The notes below the pieces were generated by a model that was not told the origin of the DNA, did no database searches, and saw nothing but the letters and a program-made list of their open reading frames with translations. From Octopus bimaculoides (taxonomy: Eukaryota): 51,025 bases of DNA. Shown here piece by piece: positions 12,887 to 26,175 of this stretch. How positions within the stretch are numbered: the first letter of the stretch is position 1; each line of letters begins with the position of its first letter. The stretch covers positions 149,699,850-149,750,874 of the forward strand of contig NC_068982.1 of the NCBI RefSeq assembly GCF_001194135.2, written 5' to 3'. Both the position numbers and the translations under genes were made by a program.

Positions 12887-13619
12887 GTATGATTCATTAA
12901 TATCTAAAAGTACTAAAAATAGCAACATTAAGAACAATAACACTATTAAGAAGAACAACACAAATATGTTATCTGTGTATATATAAATTTTCTGTACACA
13001 CACACACCCACACCCTCCCACACACACACACATACACATACATACACATGCATATGCATGGCAAGTACATCCCCCCCCCCAAAAAAAATACATACAAAGA
13101 AAGACCAAAAGAAACTGACACACATTTTCAAAATCCAATCTATTGGTGACACAGTGAAGATTCGTAAGACATTCCCAAAATCTCCATTTGTGATTCTTTA
13201 GATGAATAGATGCACAAACTTGGGTGTGTGTATCGACAGCTCAACCAACGAACCGACTCAATCATATATTTACAAAGTTCCTATTTGGTAATGTTGTATC
13301 TTTAGGTATCGTAGAACAAGGTTTAGGCGAGTTTGGGATTAATAAAAATTAGCGTTAGTATGTTAGCATAAAGGAAGAATGATCAAAACAGTTCCTGCTT
13401 TTAAATTTACTTGCTTACATGTAAATATGGACCGTAACCACAGGCACGAAAAAATGCATGATTTCTCTGCGACAATAGCGTGTATTATTAAGCAAGATTG
13501 AATTTTGGAAGGCTTTGATTAAAATTTGCAAATACGCGTAGTAAAATATCAAAGAAAACAATCATAATTGTAAAACTTTATTATCCGATCGGTCAGAATC
13601 CATCGAAATTATTTTGTGC

Positions 13620-14990
13620 GTTCTCATTTCAGGAAGTAAATTCTGCAGAATTAGAATTATTTCGTCCGCCCATTCTTTGTGGTATGAAAGTATAGTCAGA
13701 GAATATAATCTTTCTAGTGTCATTCTTCAGCAAAGACATGTCTTTTATCGTTTTACCACAGAAAATGTTCGTTCAACCGTAACAGATGTTGCAGGAATTA
13801 CCAGTAAAAGTTGGCATATTGCACAAATCTCAGATATTAGGTGCTTGTCATCGGCTGTTTCTTTTTTTTTTTTTTAATTTTATTTTATTCAGATAGATGG
13901 TCATTGTAATGTCATTCAAACAACAGAGGAATCTCTCATGGAAACTTCAAATGCCAGAAGTTGAGCTATCATAGAATTAATGTTATTGTCACCAGCGTAC
14001 CTTTCCCATAACAGAATTAATTCTGATAAGACGTTCTCTTTGTTGTTCGCCTTTAGGAGCTATGTTTCTAGTCTGGAAATATGTTGTACTACGCCTGATT
14101 AAAGCATTTGTCTATGTAAGAGATTATTGTTTTTGTGGCTTCAAAATAACGGTTTCGAGTTGTTGGCAAAAATGTAACTTCCTCAATTGCCATTTCAGTT
14201 TTTCTAGACGCCTTTCGTTTCCCTCATAATAAAGATGCTGAGATGATGTTGTTTGTCCTCGCCTTATGCTCAATATCAACATGGAAGACGTCAAATAAAT
14301 CTTCCTAATATTTTTCAAAACTTGTTTCCTAATTTCAGTCATCCTTTGTCTAGCTGTTCATGACATTTTAACTGTCAGTAGCTTTTATAAGTTGTCTGTA
14401 TGCAACAAGATCTAGTTGAGATTAAGTCTGAAGAAAAAAACCTAACTGAGCCCTGTTTCTAATTATAGGACCCCAAACATCAGTATCCAATTATGCCAAT
14501 AAACATTCTTGCCAACACTCGAAGGCGATTGAATAATTTCAATAAATTAAGAATTCGTTGGTCCCAAGATGTATGTATTATTCATTTATTTGTAATTTCA
14601 CCGGATTTCAGTTTGCTTTCAGACCTATTCATGTTTTGAATTGGGATAAGGAGGGCTTTTATTTTTTCAAACCACTGAGTAAATTCTCCCTCTTTGATGA
14701 ACACATGATTAGAATAGCAGTCTCCTTGCTGTTTACTTCACAGTCAGCTTAAAGAACATGCTTAATAGTGTATAGTTAATGCCTGCCGTTGAAGTTCCAA
14801 AGGCTTCACATTTGGCATCCGTCAAAACATTGAGGGCAAAAATATAGTCTCGAGCGAACATCCAAAGCACTCGAAAATATTGAAAATGTTATACCTTGCA
14901 AGTAATACAAACCGAAAACACAAAGTAAATTATTCTTTGGTGGGTGCATCAATATTAATGTCAGCAATAATTGTACCTATCTCACCATAA
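13620..14990 (-). pseudogene. hAT transposase fossil (ZMYM1/ZBED-like) including the C-terminal dimerization domain
   Basis: Minus strand: CPQCFDG (CRGQCYDG-like); RNRYFEATKTIISYIDKCFNQ; ISEICAICQLLLVIPATSVTVERTFSVVKR*KT..RMTLERLYSLTILSYHKE. Confidence 0.7.
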
Positions 14991-15078
14991 GAAAGTCAGC
15001 CGTAGAACGCTATATATATATATATATATATATATATATNNNNNNNNNNNNNNNNNNNNNNNNNNNNNNTATATATAG

Positions 15079-15545
15079 GGAGAATTCACGAAAAAAACCT
15101 AAATGGAATACATTTATAAACACCAACTCAAGGAACACTGGTGGAATATTCTCATGAAAATTTTTGTCAAATGAAAGCATAACAGGCTGGATATTGTTGT
15201 TTGGGACAGAGGAGCAAAGGTATGTACCATCATAGAGGTTAGCTTCCCTGCAGATATAAATATCTCTTTGAAAATCAAAGAAAAAGAGGATATCTATGGA
15301 CAACTGTTTCGAAACCTCCAGTTTCTACATCTAGACTATGAATTCATATTCATACCAATAATAATTGGAGCACTAGGTTTTGTTAGTAATTAGAATCTGG
15401 ATAAACTGGGATTTTCAGAAAGAGAAATTAACCGGCTGATTCGTACATTACAAGTCCAATCTGTGCGTGGAACAGTAAAAATATGCAAGACTTTCCTCAA
15501 GTTCCAAATGTGAATTTGTCTGTGTTAACTACATCTCAAAGATGG
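15079..15545 (+). mobile_element. R4/Dong/NeSL-type LINE 3' end with restriction-like endonuclease
   Basis: KHNRLDIVVWDRGAKVCTIIEVSFPADINISLKIKEKEDIYGQLFRNLQFLHLDYEFIFIPIIIGALG, then LQVQSVRGTVKICKTFLKF*. Confidence 0.85.
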
Positions 15546-15612
15546 AGCCTTGTATCATTGTTGGAAACTGGCTCCCTCCTCAGTGGAAGACTTATAATAA
15601 TTAAAAGATAGA

Positions 15613-15695
15613 ACATACATACATACATACATACATACATACATACATACATACATACATACATACATGCATGCATGCATGCATACATACATACA
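15613..15695. repeat. (TACA)n microsatellite
   Basis: Directly visible. Confidence 0.95.
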
Positions 15696-16559
15696 TGATC
15701 CAGGTTTGGTGATAATAAATGAAGACAAAATAAGTGAATGAGATTGACTGAAAAGAAATTTTCTTTTTTTGTCCAAATTGTTTGTTTGGGAAAATTAGAA
15801 ATAATCGGTTGATTTGGTCGCGTACTAAAGCAAACTTTGGACAGTTTTGTTGGATGGTTGTGCTGATTTTGACTAAGCTAATGAAACCAAAACTATTGCT
15901 ACAGAAATAACTACACTAGAAGTCTTCAGTTGTTACCTGCAATTATGTGGTATGGCTTGCTCCACCTGCTAATGAACAGGATTTATGGATTATGATTAAA
16001 AAAAGTATCATTTGTTGGTTATGCCTCAATTTGCGCGCTAATCTTACTGAACATAATTTTTGAAACATAACATATTTTCTCAGCCAAAATTCAACAGTGA
16101 GAAATTAAACATCATGATACATTCAGATGTATACTATTATTTAAGAAAAGTGATGAAAATTTTTCCTTGAAACACGGTGTCATAATTCTAATATATTTTG
16201 CATTTATTTCGCTGAATTTGAATCTAGTGAATCAACAGTTTTTATTTTATCAGTTATTATAAAAATGGGTTAACTATGTTGAAATCTCAGTTTTACTGAA
16301 ACTTGAAGTAAACATACTGAGAGAGGAAACGAAATGAACCTAATTTTTGGCAAACATGATGACAGCTTTTCGAATATGTTTCGGCCTTATCACATCTCAT
16401 CTGCGAAGCATAGTCTTTACTATGACTATCAAATTTGCGGTAAAGTAATACTATATCTATGCAAAGCAACTCACATAAATTTGCATTGCAACATTACATA
16501 AAGACGGCTTAAATTATTTAGGGACATGATTCGCGTGGAATATAATTTAGAAAAGTAGA

Positions 16560-17755
16560 CGCTAATACATTTAATACGCAGAGAAAGAATAGTTTGAAGC
16601 AATGTTTTAAGTTGGTCTTTTAAATTTCGCTTGATCCAATTATGTATCACCTGATTATTCTCAGCATGATAGAGTTGAATTTACAACCAGAATACACTGC
16701 ATCACAGAAAGGTCGTTCACTTGTAATATTCATTTAAATATGCTATTTCAATATTGGCAGTTACCTTCCATTTAAATTGGGTCTCTTTAAGACTACCATT
16801 GACAGTAGTTAGTGGAAATTTTTTCGAAAAATTTTTACACTACTAACATCTATATTCGTGAATGATCATCGATTTTTTTTTCACTTATCCATTTATACCG
16901 CTGCCAAATTCCCTCTCTGTTGTTCAATAATGACAATACAAATTTGCTAATAAGAATTTCTTCGATGCTTCACTAAATTCTTTTTTATTTCCTTGATGAA
17001 TTTACAATGTCATGAATAAATATTCTAAGCCAGTACATCTACTTTTAAACATCGAAATTTGATGATCAATTTGGCTGTTGGTTGTTTGACGCATGAGAAG
17101 CCGTGCTTTTTGGTGATAGTTTCGTCGATGCTCCTACCATCAAGGGTTACGCATTTTTAGTCCTTCCATGTTAAAATTTTGATGGGATCGACTTTGTCTT
17201 CTATAGCTGTAGAAGTAAATTCACTAATAAGTACTGAAATATGTACTAAAATAAAATCTAGTGATATATTAGAATCAGTTCTATAGACAAAACCTCATGT
17301 TGTGGGATTGCCGTTTGCTAGTGTCGAGGTAGCCAATGATGATATATTGTGAACGTCTGAGTCGCCATTGTTGCAATGTTATAGAGTGCTCGTTGGTACT
17401 GTACTGTAGCGATGTAGGATGTATTGGTTGTGTGAATAATAACTGAATAATATTCACGAACCTTAACTTTAATATTCATTGCCGGACACATTTTGTGTCG
17501 GTTGTTTACAATGAAAGATAGTAATACAATTGCCGACTGGGAGGAGAGAACATTGTGTTGTGCCCATAGAAAGCCGCTTATGAGATATCGTGTGAATGTT
17601 CAGAATCGGTCTGTCCGAGTACCCGAAGTCGTCCGAGTACCCGAAGTTGTCTGCGCAAAAGTCCCAAACCGGCTATTCGAATACCCGAAGTCGTCTGCCT
17701 GATGAGTTAGGTGCCAAAAGGTTTGAAAAGGGTAAATTCTAGGACATCCGAAAAG
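16560..17755 (-). mobile_element. Possible highly degraded Mutator-like DNA transposon with 18-bp subterminal repeats
   Basis: Minus frame FCDAVYSGCKFN weakly resembles the MULE FP.A...GC.FH motif; GTCCGAGTACCCGAAGT repeated at 17613 and 17631, partial third copy near 17681. Confidence 0.3.
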
Positions 17756-18661
17756 CCGTATCATACTACAGTTTCATGCTGATTGGTCGATTTATAGATC
17801 AATCACGTGAAACTATGGTGGTTTATTCGTGATGCCTAAATGAATATCTGACGTTTGGGGTTCGAATCCCCACACTCATTTTACCAACAGTTGATATTTT
17901 TACATGTTAAAAGAAGTCAATGCTTATGCTCATGGCTTCTTAATAATGTGATATCAATAAAAATAAAACATTTTGAGTAAAAATCGAGTCATTGCTTTCC
18001 CATAATGTAGGGAGTTTCTTTTTGCAGTAGTTCGATTCTAACACTATTTTGAATGATGTATTAGAAAAGAATATGCTATTCAGAAGATTGTGTTCGTATA
18101 GGAGAGAGGATTATGACAAGTAGTTTTTTGTTTCGGCTTCGTAACATAAAGTATGCGAAAAAAATTGGACGTCGTTCCATGGCAGATAACATTTCAAATG
18201 AAATGCTATCTATTCCTGTCAGTTCAAACAGAAACACACTGAAACACTTGCAGCAGATTTGAATTACAAATCTTAAGCAGATAATGCATTTAACTTCTAA
18301 TAACTATAATTTAATTTCTACTAACAATTAATGTATAGCTAATAGTCTTCCATCGATTAATGAGATCATTTGTTACTTTGTTATATGTTGATCGTTGTAT
18401 GATATTCTTACAAGAAACTGTTTGAGAAACCCCGCTGTGCAATATAAATTCAATTGATTAACTAGAATGCCATGTAACATGATGTCGTCAGTTGCCATCA
18501 ATGTTTGCTAAATAAGTAAATGGAAATGACTGGCAGAATCCCGTAACGTAGCGAACATGCAGTGTTAAGTTATGCCTCTTTATGTTCCGAGTTCACATTC
18601 CACCGGGTCCATTTTGTTATTCATTTTTCCTTCCTCGCGTGAAAATAGTCTATTCCACTTG

Positions 18662-18872
18662 TAGGCGAACTGACAGAATCGTTAGCACACCGGGTGAAAT
18701 GCTTAGCGGCATTTCATCCATCTTCACATTCCGAGTTCAAATTTCCCCGAGGTCGACTTCGTTTTTCATCCTTTCGGAGTCAATAAAATAAATACCAGTT
18801 AAGTACTGGGATCGATGTAATCGACTCACACCTCCTTCGAACTTGCTGGCCTTGTGCCAAAATTTGAAATCT
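18662..18872 (+). mobile_element. SINE family C
   Basis: GGCGAACTGACAGAATCGTTAGCAC..GAGTTCAAAT..GAGGTCGAC..TTTCATCCTTTCGGAGTC..TACCAGTT..GATGTAATCGACT..GGCCTTGTGCCAAAATTTGAA; repeated many times in the window. Confidence 0.8.
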
Positions 18873-20120
18873 ATATCTGATACTTACCGACGTAGACCAT
18901 CAATACTTTTTCTGAATTCTAGTTTCATTTTATCTCTCTTTCTCTAAGATTCTATAATATAGGTACCAATCAAGAATCAACTCTACTCTTCCCCCAATAT
19001 TTCAAAAAGCCTTTTCTGAAATAATTTCTGACACCACTTCCATCAATCCTGGTGACACAGAGAGCAGCTGAGCTTCTCTAAAACAGACTTTGCATCTCTC
19101 AGCCCCTGCTGCAACTGACATACTTTTTCATCCAAGTATACATGAGCAAGATTGAATTCATGAACATAACAAAGAAACATAAGGCCATCTCCAAGAGAAA
19201 AATAAACTAATTAAGGCTTATTTTTAATTAAGCAGTGATCCCCAACTCATAGTCAAAAACTAATGCTCTGCGATCATGCAGAAGTGTTTTTAAAAAATTA
19301 AGAATCATGTAGATTAAGTGGCTTACACAAAGGGCTTGAGAGATACAAATGTAGAATGACACAAATAATGCTCGAAAATTTTTGGAAAGCTTTCGTGCGA
19401 TCAGTTGCCTAGCTTGCATGAGTGTTTCATCTCTCTTCATGGCAAATGGAAATACAAAGAAGTAATGCACGTAAGTTGGGGTATACATTTTCAAAATGCT
19501 CTGAGCTTACCAGCCAAGTACAGTGTAGGCATATTTCAAGTCAAGTGACAAGACTTAAGAAGCTGCATGAATAGAAAGCGATAATTAAGCAATAATGACG
19601 TATCTAGAGGTAAAAGAATTAGACGATTAAGAATGTTTAAATATGCTACAACGGCTATATGTATTTATTTACAGCAATTGAATAATAGAGGACAAAAGAA
19701 TAATAAACAGATAATTAGTTAATTTTATGACTAGTTATTTTTCATTTCTAATGAGAGTTCCTATTTATTTTAATTTATCAATTAACGTTTCCAGTCCAGA
19801 ATTATTTCTTTATTCGGGAAAATGTTTTCATGATTAAAAATTGATAATAACAGCATATTACATTCGAAGATATGCAAGTTACTGTCAAATGTTTGTAAAA
19901 TTAGCATTTCGAACGTAATTTATATCATTTTTCACATGACAAATACTTCGACTGAGATTTAATTGTTGAAATGTAATTAAGTCAAAAGGATTTATAATGA
20001 AGATTTTTTGATATTTTACCTGTTTATTATCGAATATAGCGACATTTTCTGAAAATAAATGTAAAAATAAATGAATGTAAAAATAAAAGTCGTGACTATC
20101 TCTCTTTTTCCTTTTTTTTA

Positions 20121-20515
20121 CTCTTTTGACTTGTTTCAGTCATTTGACTGCGGCCATGCTGGAGCACCGCCTTTAGTCGAGAAAATCGACCCCAGGACTT
20201 ATTCTTTGTAAGCCTAGTACTTATTCTATCGGTTTCTTTTTGCCGAACCGCTAAGTTACGGGGATGTAAACACACCAGCATCGGTTGTCAAGCGATGGTA
20301 AGGGGGACAAACACAGACACACAAACACACATACATATATTTATATATATACGACGGGCTTCTTTCAGTTTCCATCTACCAAATTCACTCACAAGGCTTT
20401 GGTCCGCCCGATGCTACAGTAGAAGACATTTGCCCAAGATGCCACGCAGTGGGACTGAACCCGGAGCCATGTGGTTTGTAAGCAAGCTACTTACCACACA
20501 TCCACTCCTGTGCCT
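20121..20515 (-). mobile_element. Composite SINE (A head + microsatellite + B body), CpG-rich copy
   Basis: Collinear with 1945-2446 and 25586-25962. Confidence 0.9.
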
Positions 20516-21229
20516 ATGGTTAATTTTCTTATTTCAAAACTTTACTATGTTTGTTTTGATTTAAAACATGAGTTTCATACATGGTATAACTAGGATAAGA
20601 ACACACTATTGTCGTTATTCCCACCGTGGGCCAGCACATAAACCACAATAATTTGTATCTGTGTACAAAGGTGACTGATTTTCCCTAGCTACGCTGCGGT
20701 TTTGTGTGTATGCATGTGTGTGTGTGTGTGTGTGTGTATGGGTACGTGCGTGTACGTGCGTGCGAGCACGTGTGTATGTGTGTATGTGGGTGTTTAAAAA
20801 TATTGCAATGAATTAAAATAATTAGTATAATAAAACTTACTGTGTTGATTCAATACGCTTAGATTTAATGAAATATCGCACACGCACGCCCGAACACACG
20901 CACGCGCGCGAATACATATGTGTGCCTATGTGTTTATATCTATTTGTATACACACCCACATACGCACACACACACACATAAGAATTATAGTGTTTTAGAT
21001 ATTAATTTACTTAAGTCTGAAGGGGTTAACATCTTTAATTTGTCAGGTTAATATAATTAAAATATCGAATGTCGGCTGGGAAAATGTCTAGTTTTGATTC
21101 AAACACTGTGTTTAATAAGGATCTCTAAACAGTTTTAGGTTTGTCCAACGATCGCAAAAAACAAACGATGTTACATATTTTTGAAAATGAGTCATGTTCT
21201 ATAACGTCTGGCTTTGTTAGGAGGAATTT

Positions 21230-22400
21230 AGCCAGTGAAGGAGGCCACTAAGAATAACGGTGTACTTTTTGTTTGTTAGGTTGACAAATGCTTGGTCGCC
21301 AGTGAAGAATCTTTGGGCTTCATTGCTTACCAGACATAAAATGTTCGACACTATTTTTATCATAGTTGAACTTACAATGCTGCAACTGCATAAAGACAGC
21401 TGTAGAGGTGCATACTTTGGCGAAGTAATAACATACTTGGGAAAGGCTGGAGCAGCTAAGCATGTAAAAAGCATTTCAACCGAAGTTTTCAGCTAACACT
21501 TTGATCAAGCAATATAAGACATATTCAAGGCTAAATACATTGCTCTTGAAAGCCTTAACATTGTTGGTTTCTGGTCACAACTGAATCTTACTGGCCTCGG
21601 CGGCAGTGATGGTCGATGTTCAGGCAAGATAACCTTCTTCAGTTCGGGAAGGGGAGCTATCGCTCATCTGGTGTGCCACCTGTTGTAACACATAATGTCA
21701 GGAACTACCGTGCGTGACACATAGGAATTGATACCAGTAATTAATGAAAATATTCTAATTTGCACTGGTCGCGTTCATACCTCCGGCGTTCTCGGTCTTT
21801 GAGCTGTCGATCTCCTTCATCAGAATGGAATGAAGATGTCGCGCCTGATGAAAGTATTCTTGCGGCAGAGGGGTTGATGCTAAAACTATCATTCCTTGTC
21901 CTTTTTCGTAGCAACACTTTTACCATTTTGCCCGCGGAATGAAGATGGAATAAGTTCAACAGAAGGTGTAAAACTGGTTTTTGTCTTTATGCGTGTATTT
22001 TTGAGACACGGAAGTGCTTTCATGCTTAAGGAAAGATATGCCGATGACATTGATATTAATTCATTGTTAGGGCAACGTCTGGTATTTGAGTTTTTCGTAT
22101 GAGAGACATCTGTTCATTGTTTTAGCGACATTGTAAAATATCTACATGAAGACAAAAACAGCTAATGGCAACCAACTAACATCAGAGATTTGTGTAAATT
22201 GCTACCTTTCCCTGCTAAAATTTTGCAATACTTCCAACGGCTGAACGAATATTTTCTCAAACAAAATTATATAATATATTTTTTTTCGGGGATGAGACAA
22301 AAAATATGAAATTCTCGCCTATACTTTTGTATCACAAGAAACAGACACAAAATTCGATGCTTTTTAAATTCATTTATTTAAACAAAACTACCACGCATTA
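21230..22400 (+). pseudogene. Second hAT (ZMYM1-like) transposase fossil
   Basis: SEESLGFI; LQLHKDSCRGAYFG..LGKAGAAKHVKSI (resembles CRGQCYDGASNMLGK.SGVA..IK); ILPTAERIFS near 22225-22260. Confidence 0.5.
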
Positions 22401-22544
22401 CAGTGTTTACATAAAGTAGTCAATAGCGGGTTCCATGAAAGATGCCAAAATTGGCATCTAGACATCAAAGACCCCTTCAAGTTCTTATAACTGAATCAAA
22501 AAATAACAGCAGCAAAATAATTCTTCCTACGGAGGTGCAAAGCC

Positions 22545-23145
22545 TGAAATTTTAAGGAGAGAAGCAAATCAGTTACATCGACTCCAGTATTCATCTGGTA
22601 CTTACTAAATATAATTTTGTTCGAGAAAATATTCATTCAGCCGTAGAAAGTGTTGCAGAATTTTAGCAGTAAAAGTTAGTAAATTATACAAATCTCTGAT
22701 ATTAGCTGGTTACCATTATTTTAGGATGAAAAGTAAAGTCGACATCGGTGGAATTTAAATTCAAAACTTAAAACTGGAAGAAATGGTACGAAGCTTTTTG
22801 CCTGGCGTGCTAGCGATTCTGCCATCTTGCAGCAAAATAATAATAGCTTCAAATTTTGGCACAAGGCCAGTAATTTTAAGGGAGGGAGTAAGTCGATTAC
22901 TTGACTAATACTTGTTTTATCGACTTCGAAAGAATGAAAGGCTAAGTCAATCTCGGCGGATGAATACAAATTTTGTAGGGTGGAATAAGTTCGTTACATC
23001 GATCCAAACACTTGACTGGTACTTTATTTCATTGATCTTGAAAGAATGTCAGACAATATTTGAACACAGAACGTAAAGAGTCGGTAGAAATGCCGTTAGA
23101 CATTTTATCCGACGTGCAAACGATTCTGCTAGTTTTCAAAATAAA
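22545..23145 (-). mobile_element. Cluster of SINE family C fragments
   Basis: Reverse-complement matches to 18662-18872 (TTACATCGA..CCAG..CTGGTACTT, GCGATTCTGCCA, GTCGACATCGGTGGAATTT). Confidence 0.7.
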
Positions 23146-23181
23146 AATTCTTCTAAATAAGGCGCAAGACCAGGAATTTTG

Positions 23182-23446
23182 GTGGAGGCGCGTGGCTTAG
23201 TGGTTAGGGTGTTGGACTCATGATCATAAGATTGTGGTTTCAATTCCTTGACCGGGTGATGCCTTATGTTCTTAAGCAAAACACTTCATTTCACGTTGCT
23301 CCAGACCACTCAGCTAGCAAAAATGAGTAATCCTGCGACAGATCGACATCCCGTCCAGGTGGGGAATTTATAGGCCACTGAAACCGGGAAACCGACCTTT
23401 ATGAACCTGGCATGGCTCAGAAAGGAAACATTTCTTCTTATTTCTT
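23182..23446 (+). mobile_element. tRNA-headed SINE family E with 12-bp TSD
   Basis: GGCGCGTGGCTTAGTGGTTAGGGTGTTGGACTCATGATC..GGTTTCAATTCC; flanked by CCAGGAATTTTG at 23170-23181 and 23447-23458; related to 39880-40130. Confidence 0.8.
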
Positions 23447-23559
23447 CCAGGAATTTTGAGGCGAAGGTGTAGTCGAATGCATCGATTTCAGTGCTTGACT
23501 AGTACTTTATTTTAACGAATCTATAACGATGAACAGTAAAGCTGATATTGGCGGTATTT

Positions 23560-23670
23560 GAGTTCAACTTTGCCTTTCATCATGCCAATAAATATATTTT
23601 TTAAAAATTTGATTGCAGTTGCTGCGGAATTTGCTTCTGGAAATGAGAACTGGCAAAATAATTTCGGCAG
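23560..23670 (+). pseudogene. hAT C-terminal fragment
   Basis: NLIAVAAEFASGNENWQNNFGR; nucleotide similarity to the minus strand near 13620-13660. Confidence 0.45.
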
Positions 23671-24559
23671 ATTGTGGTTGTTGGAACAGTAAATTGAGTT
23701 GCTTTTTGTTTCTTTGAATAACATCCCGTAAATGATATTTTACGTTACAAATTTGTATCAACGCCTTCCAAGCCTCCCAGTCATAACTTACTGTGACAGA
23801 GAAATCATGTATGTTTTTCGTAATTTTTTAGCTAATTTCCGGTAAAAGAAACCGCCCTCCGGACGCTCGAAATTCTCGGCCTTGTGTCACTTTAGTAATT
23901 TTCTACCGATTGAATACATACATACATACGTACATATAACAGAGCAGATATGGTTCTATGGTTTAAGTTCGTTTCACAGTCATGGTGATTTGATTCAATA
24001 AGTCTACGCAGCACTTTGCATGTTTGGGACAGGACAAAACACTAAGGAATGGGGTTTGTCTTCAAAACCAAAATGGAGATGTTTCGGTATTGTTAGATCC
24101 ACTTCACGAGGCGCATTCACCTCGGTGTGTGTGGAGGAGGGGGCGTGCGTGCGTGCGTACGTGCTTTCGTGCATGTGTGCGAGCAAGCGAGTGTGCGTGT
24201 ATGTGTATAAACATGTATAAATGTGTGTATGTGTGCATGTGTATAAACTGGTCTTTTTGCGTATGTGTTCTATGATGACATGGAGTGATAAATGGTACAT
24301 TTAAACAGAAGTAGCCTGCGTTGTTCATATCCAACTTAGTTAACCCTTCTTACACCAATGTTTACTCTGTATTTCATATCTTAGAAAAAGGATGAAATAA
24401 GTACCGAGCAAGGGAAGAAAAAAAAGGCAACTCAAGTTTCAGTAACAGCTGCTGCATTTCTTGGAAAATCCTGTGATTGCTTGACAAATCTTGTTTTCCG
24501 ATCGATTTCTAGTCCATACACTTTTATGCAACTGGTCTTCCCAGAGAGAGTAAAAAAAG

Positions 24560-25270
24560 TTGCAATCTTCTTTTCATTAAAAGTCTAATAAATGAGTTCA
24601 CCCACCAATTTCGTTGATATTCTACGAGAATATCTTTGTTTACTGTTATCTAAAACAGCATTGTATTTGCATCAACATTCTGTTCTTGTAAGTTATTCCG
24701 TCATGACCAGGGGACGTATCCCCGCCCATCACCGTAAAGACGTTATTTCTTGCAACCTCAAACTTACTCATCAACCTCTTATTGTTTCTTCAACAACAAA
24801 TATCGAAATTTCTTATGCTTTCTTTTAATGTCTATCTGTGGTTTATTATCCACACTTTTCTATGTCCAGCATCTTATCTTTAGCTGTTTGTTTTCCAATA
24901 CGAATAGTTCATGTTGCAAAGAAGAGAAATTTCATTAAGTCTCTAAAAAATGTCGCTGGTGATATTTTTCTTATTGTCGTAGTTCTCTTTTCGTTGTCGT
25001 GAGAAGATTCTGAGAAGTAGTGTCCTGTGCTCCCAGAGAAGAACTATTGCCTTCTTTAGAATTGGAGTTTTACGCTCTTCCTTGATGATTTGAAATAATT
25101 GCATTGTTACAATTTCATCCACAGACTTCTTTTGTTTTTGGTGTTCGTGCTGTTTTTCCCTACCTCATCTTTATGTTTGCTTTCAAGCCTAGGAGCTATG
25201 TCAGATACCACACGAAAAATATTTTGATTTAATGCATTGCATCCTCTCATTCAGGCAGTTGCACTTCATA
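24560..25270 (-). mobile_element. Degraded LINE ORF2 fragment (region just upstream of RT; I/Jockey-like)
   Basis: Minus strand PKTKRSLW..NCNNAI and PGHDGITY, matching typical PWW and PG.DGI motifs. Confidence 0.45.
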
Positions 25271-25585
25271 CTCTAGTTGTAATTACTTCGGTGAAAGGTA
25301 TTAAATTTTCCGAGTTTCCTTCGGAATGGATGGATTTCCGAATCACGACATCAGAGTGAGATTTCTTTTTTTTGTTTTTTTTTGTTCCGCTTTTTAACCT
25401 TTCTCTGTTATCTGGAAAAGAAGGTACACTCCACCAAAGAGATTTTGAATTACGCATTTTATTTTCCGTGTTCTTGTTATTTCTTTATTGCTGCTGCTGC
25501 TACTGCCAATGATGTTATTAATTGTTGTTCTTGCTGTTGTTACATTGTTGATAAGATTGTTAGTATCACTACTGTATTCTTCTAT

Positions 25586-25962
25586 TCTTTTACTTGTTTC
25601 AGTCATTTGACTGTGGCCATGCTGAAGCACCCCCTTAAAGGGTTTTAGTCGAATAAATCGACCCCAGGACTTATTCTTTGTACGCCTAGTACTTATTCTA
25701 TCGACCACATTCGCCGAACCGCTAAGTTACGGGGAAGTAAACACACCAACATCGGTTGTCAAGCGATAGTGAGGGGTGGAGGAATACAGACACAAAGACA
25801 CACACACACACATATATACATATATATACATACATATACGACGGGCTTCTTTTAGCTTCCGTCTGCCAAATCCACTCAAAAAGCTTTGGTCGGCCCCAGG
25901 CTATTGTAGAAGACACTTGCCCACGTGTGGTTGGGAAACAAGCTTCTTACCACACAGCCACG
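25586..25962 (-). mobile_element. Composite SINE, third copy (deletion in the tRNA head)
   Basis: Collinear with 20121-20515. Confidence 0.9.
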
Positions 25963-25984
25963 TCTTGATATTAGTAACATTAAT

Positions 25985-26175
25985 TTCAAATTTTGGCACA
26001 AGGCCAGAATTTTCGAGGATGGGAGTAAGTCGATTACATCGGCCCAAACACTCAACTGGTACTTATTTTATCGACCTCGAAAGAATGAAAAGAAAAGTCA
26101 ACCTCAGCGGAATTTAAACTCAGAACGTAAAGAAGAACGAAATGTCGCTAAGCATTTTGCCCAGCGTGCTTACAA
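25985..26175 (-). mobile_element. SINE family C
   Basis: TTTCAAATTTTGGCACAAGGCCAG..AGTCGATTACATCG..CTGGTACTTATTTTATCGACC..AAAGTCAACCTCAGCGGAATTT..CTAAGCATTT. Confidence 0.85.

Noticed and set aside
16370-16415. Minus-strand CAGATGA..AGGCCGAAAC hammerhead-like string
   Set aside because: The core has A in place of the conserved U, stem II does not pair and no helix I is evident.
17850-17880. GGTTCGAATCCCC tRNA T-arm-like motif
   Set aside because: No acceptor, D or anticodon stems are evident; probably a SINE remnant. tRNA-like heads elsewhere belong to SINEs, not tRNA genes.
19000-19500. Coding-like composition on the minus strand
   Set aside because: All frames are interrupted and no motif is recognised.
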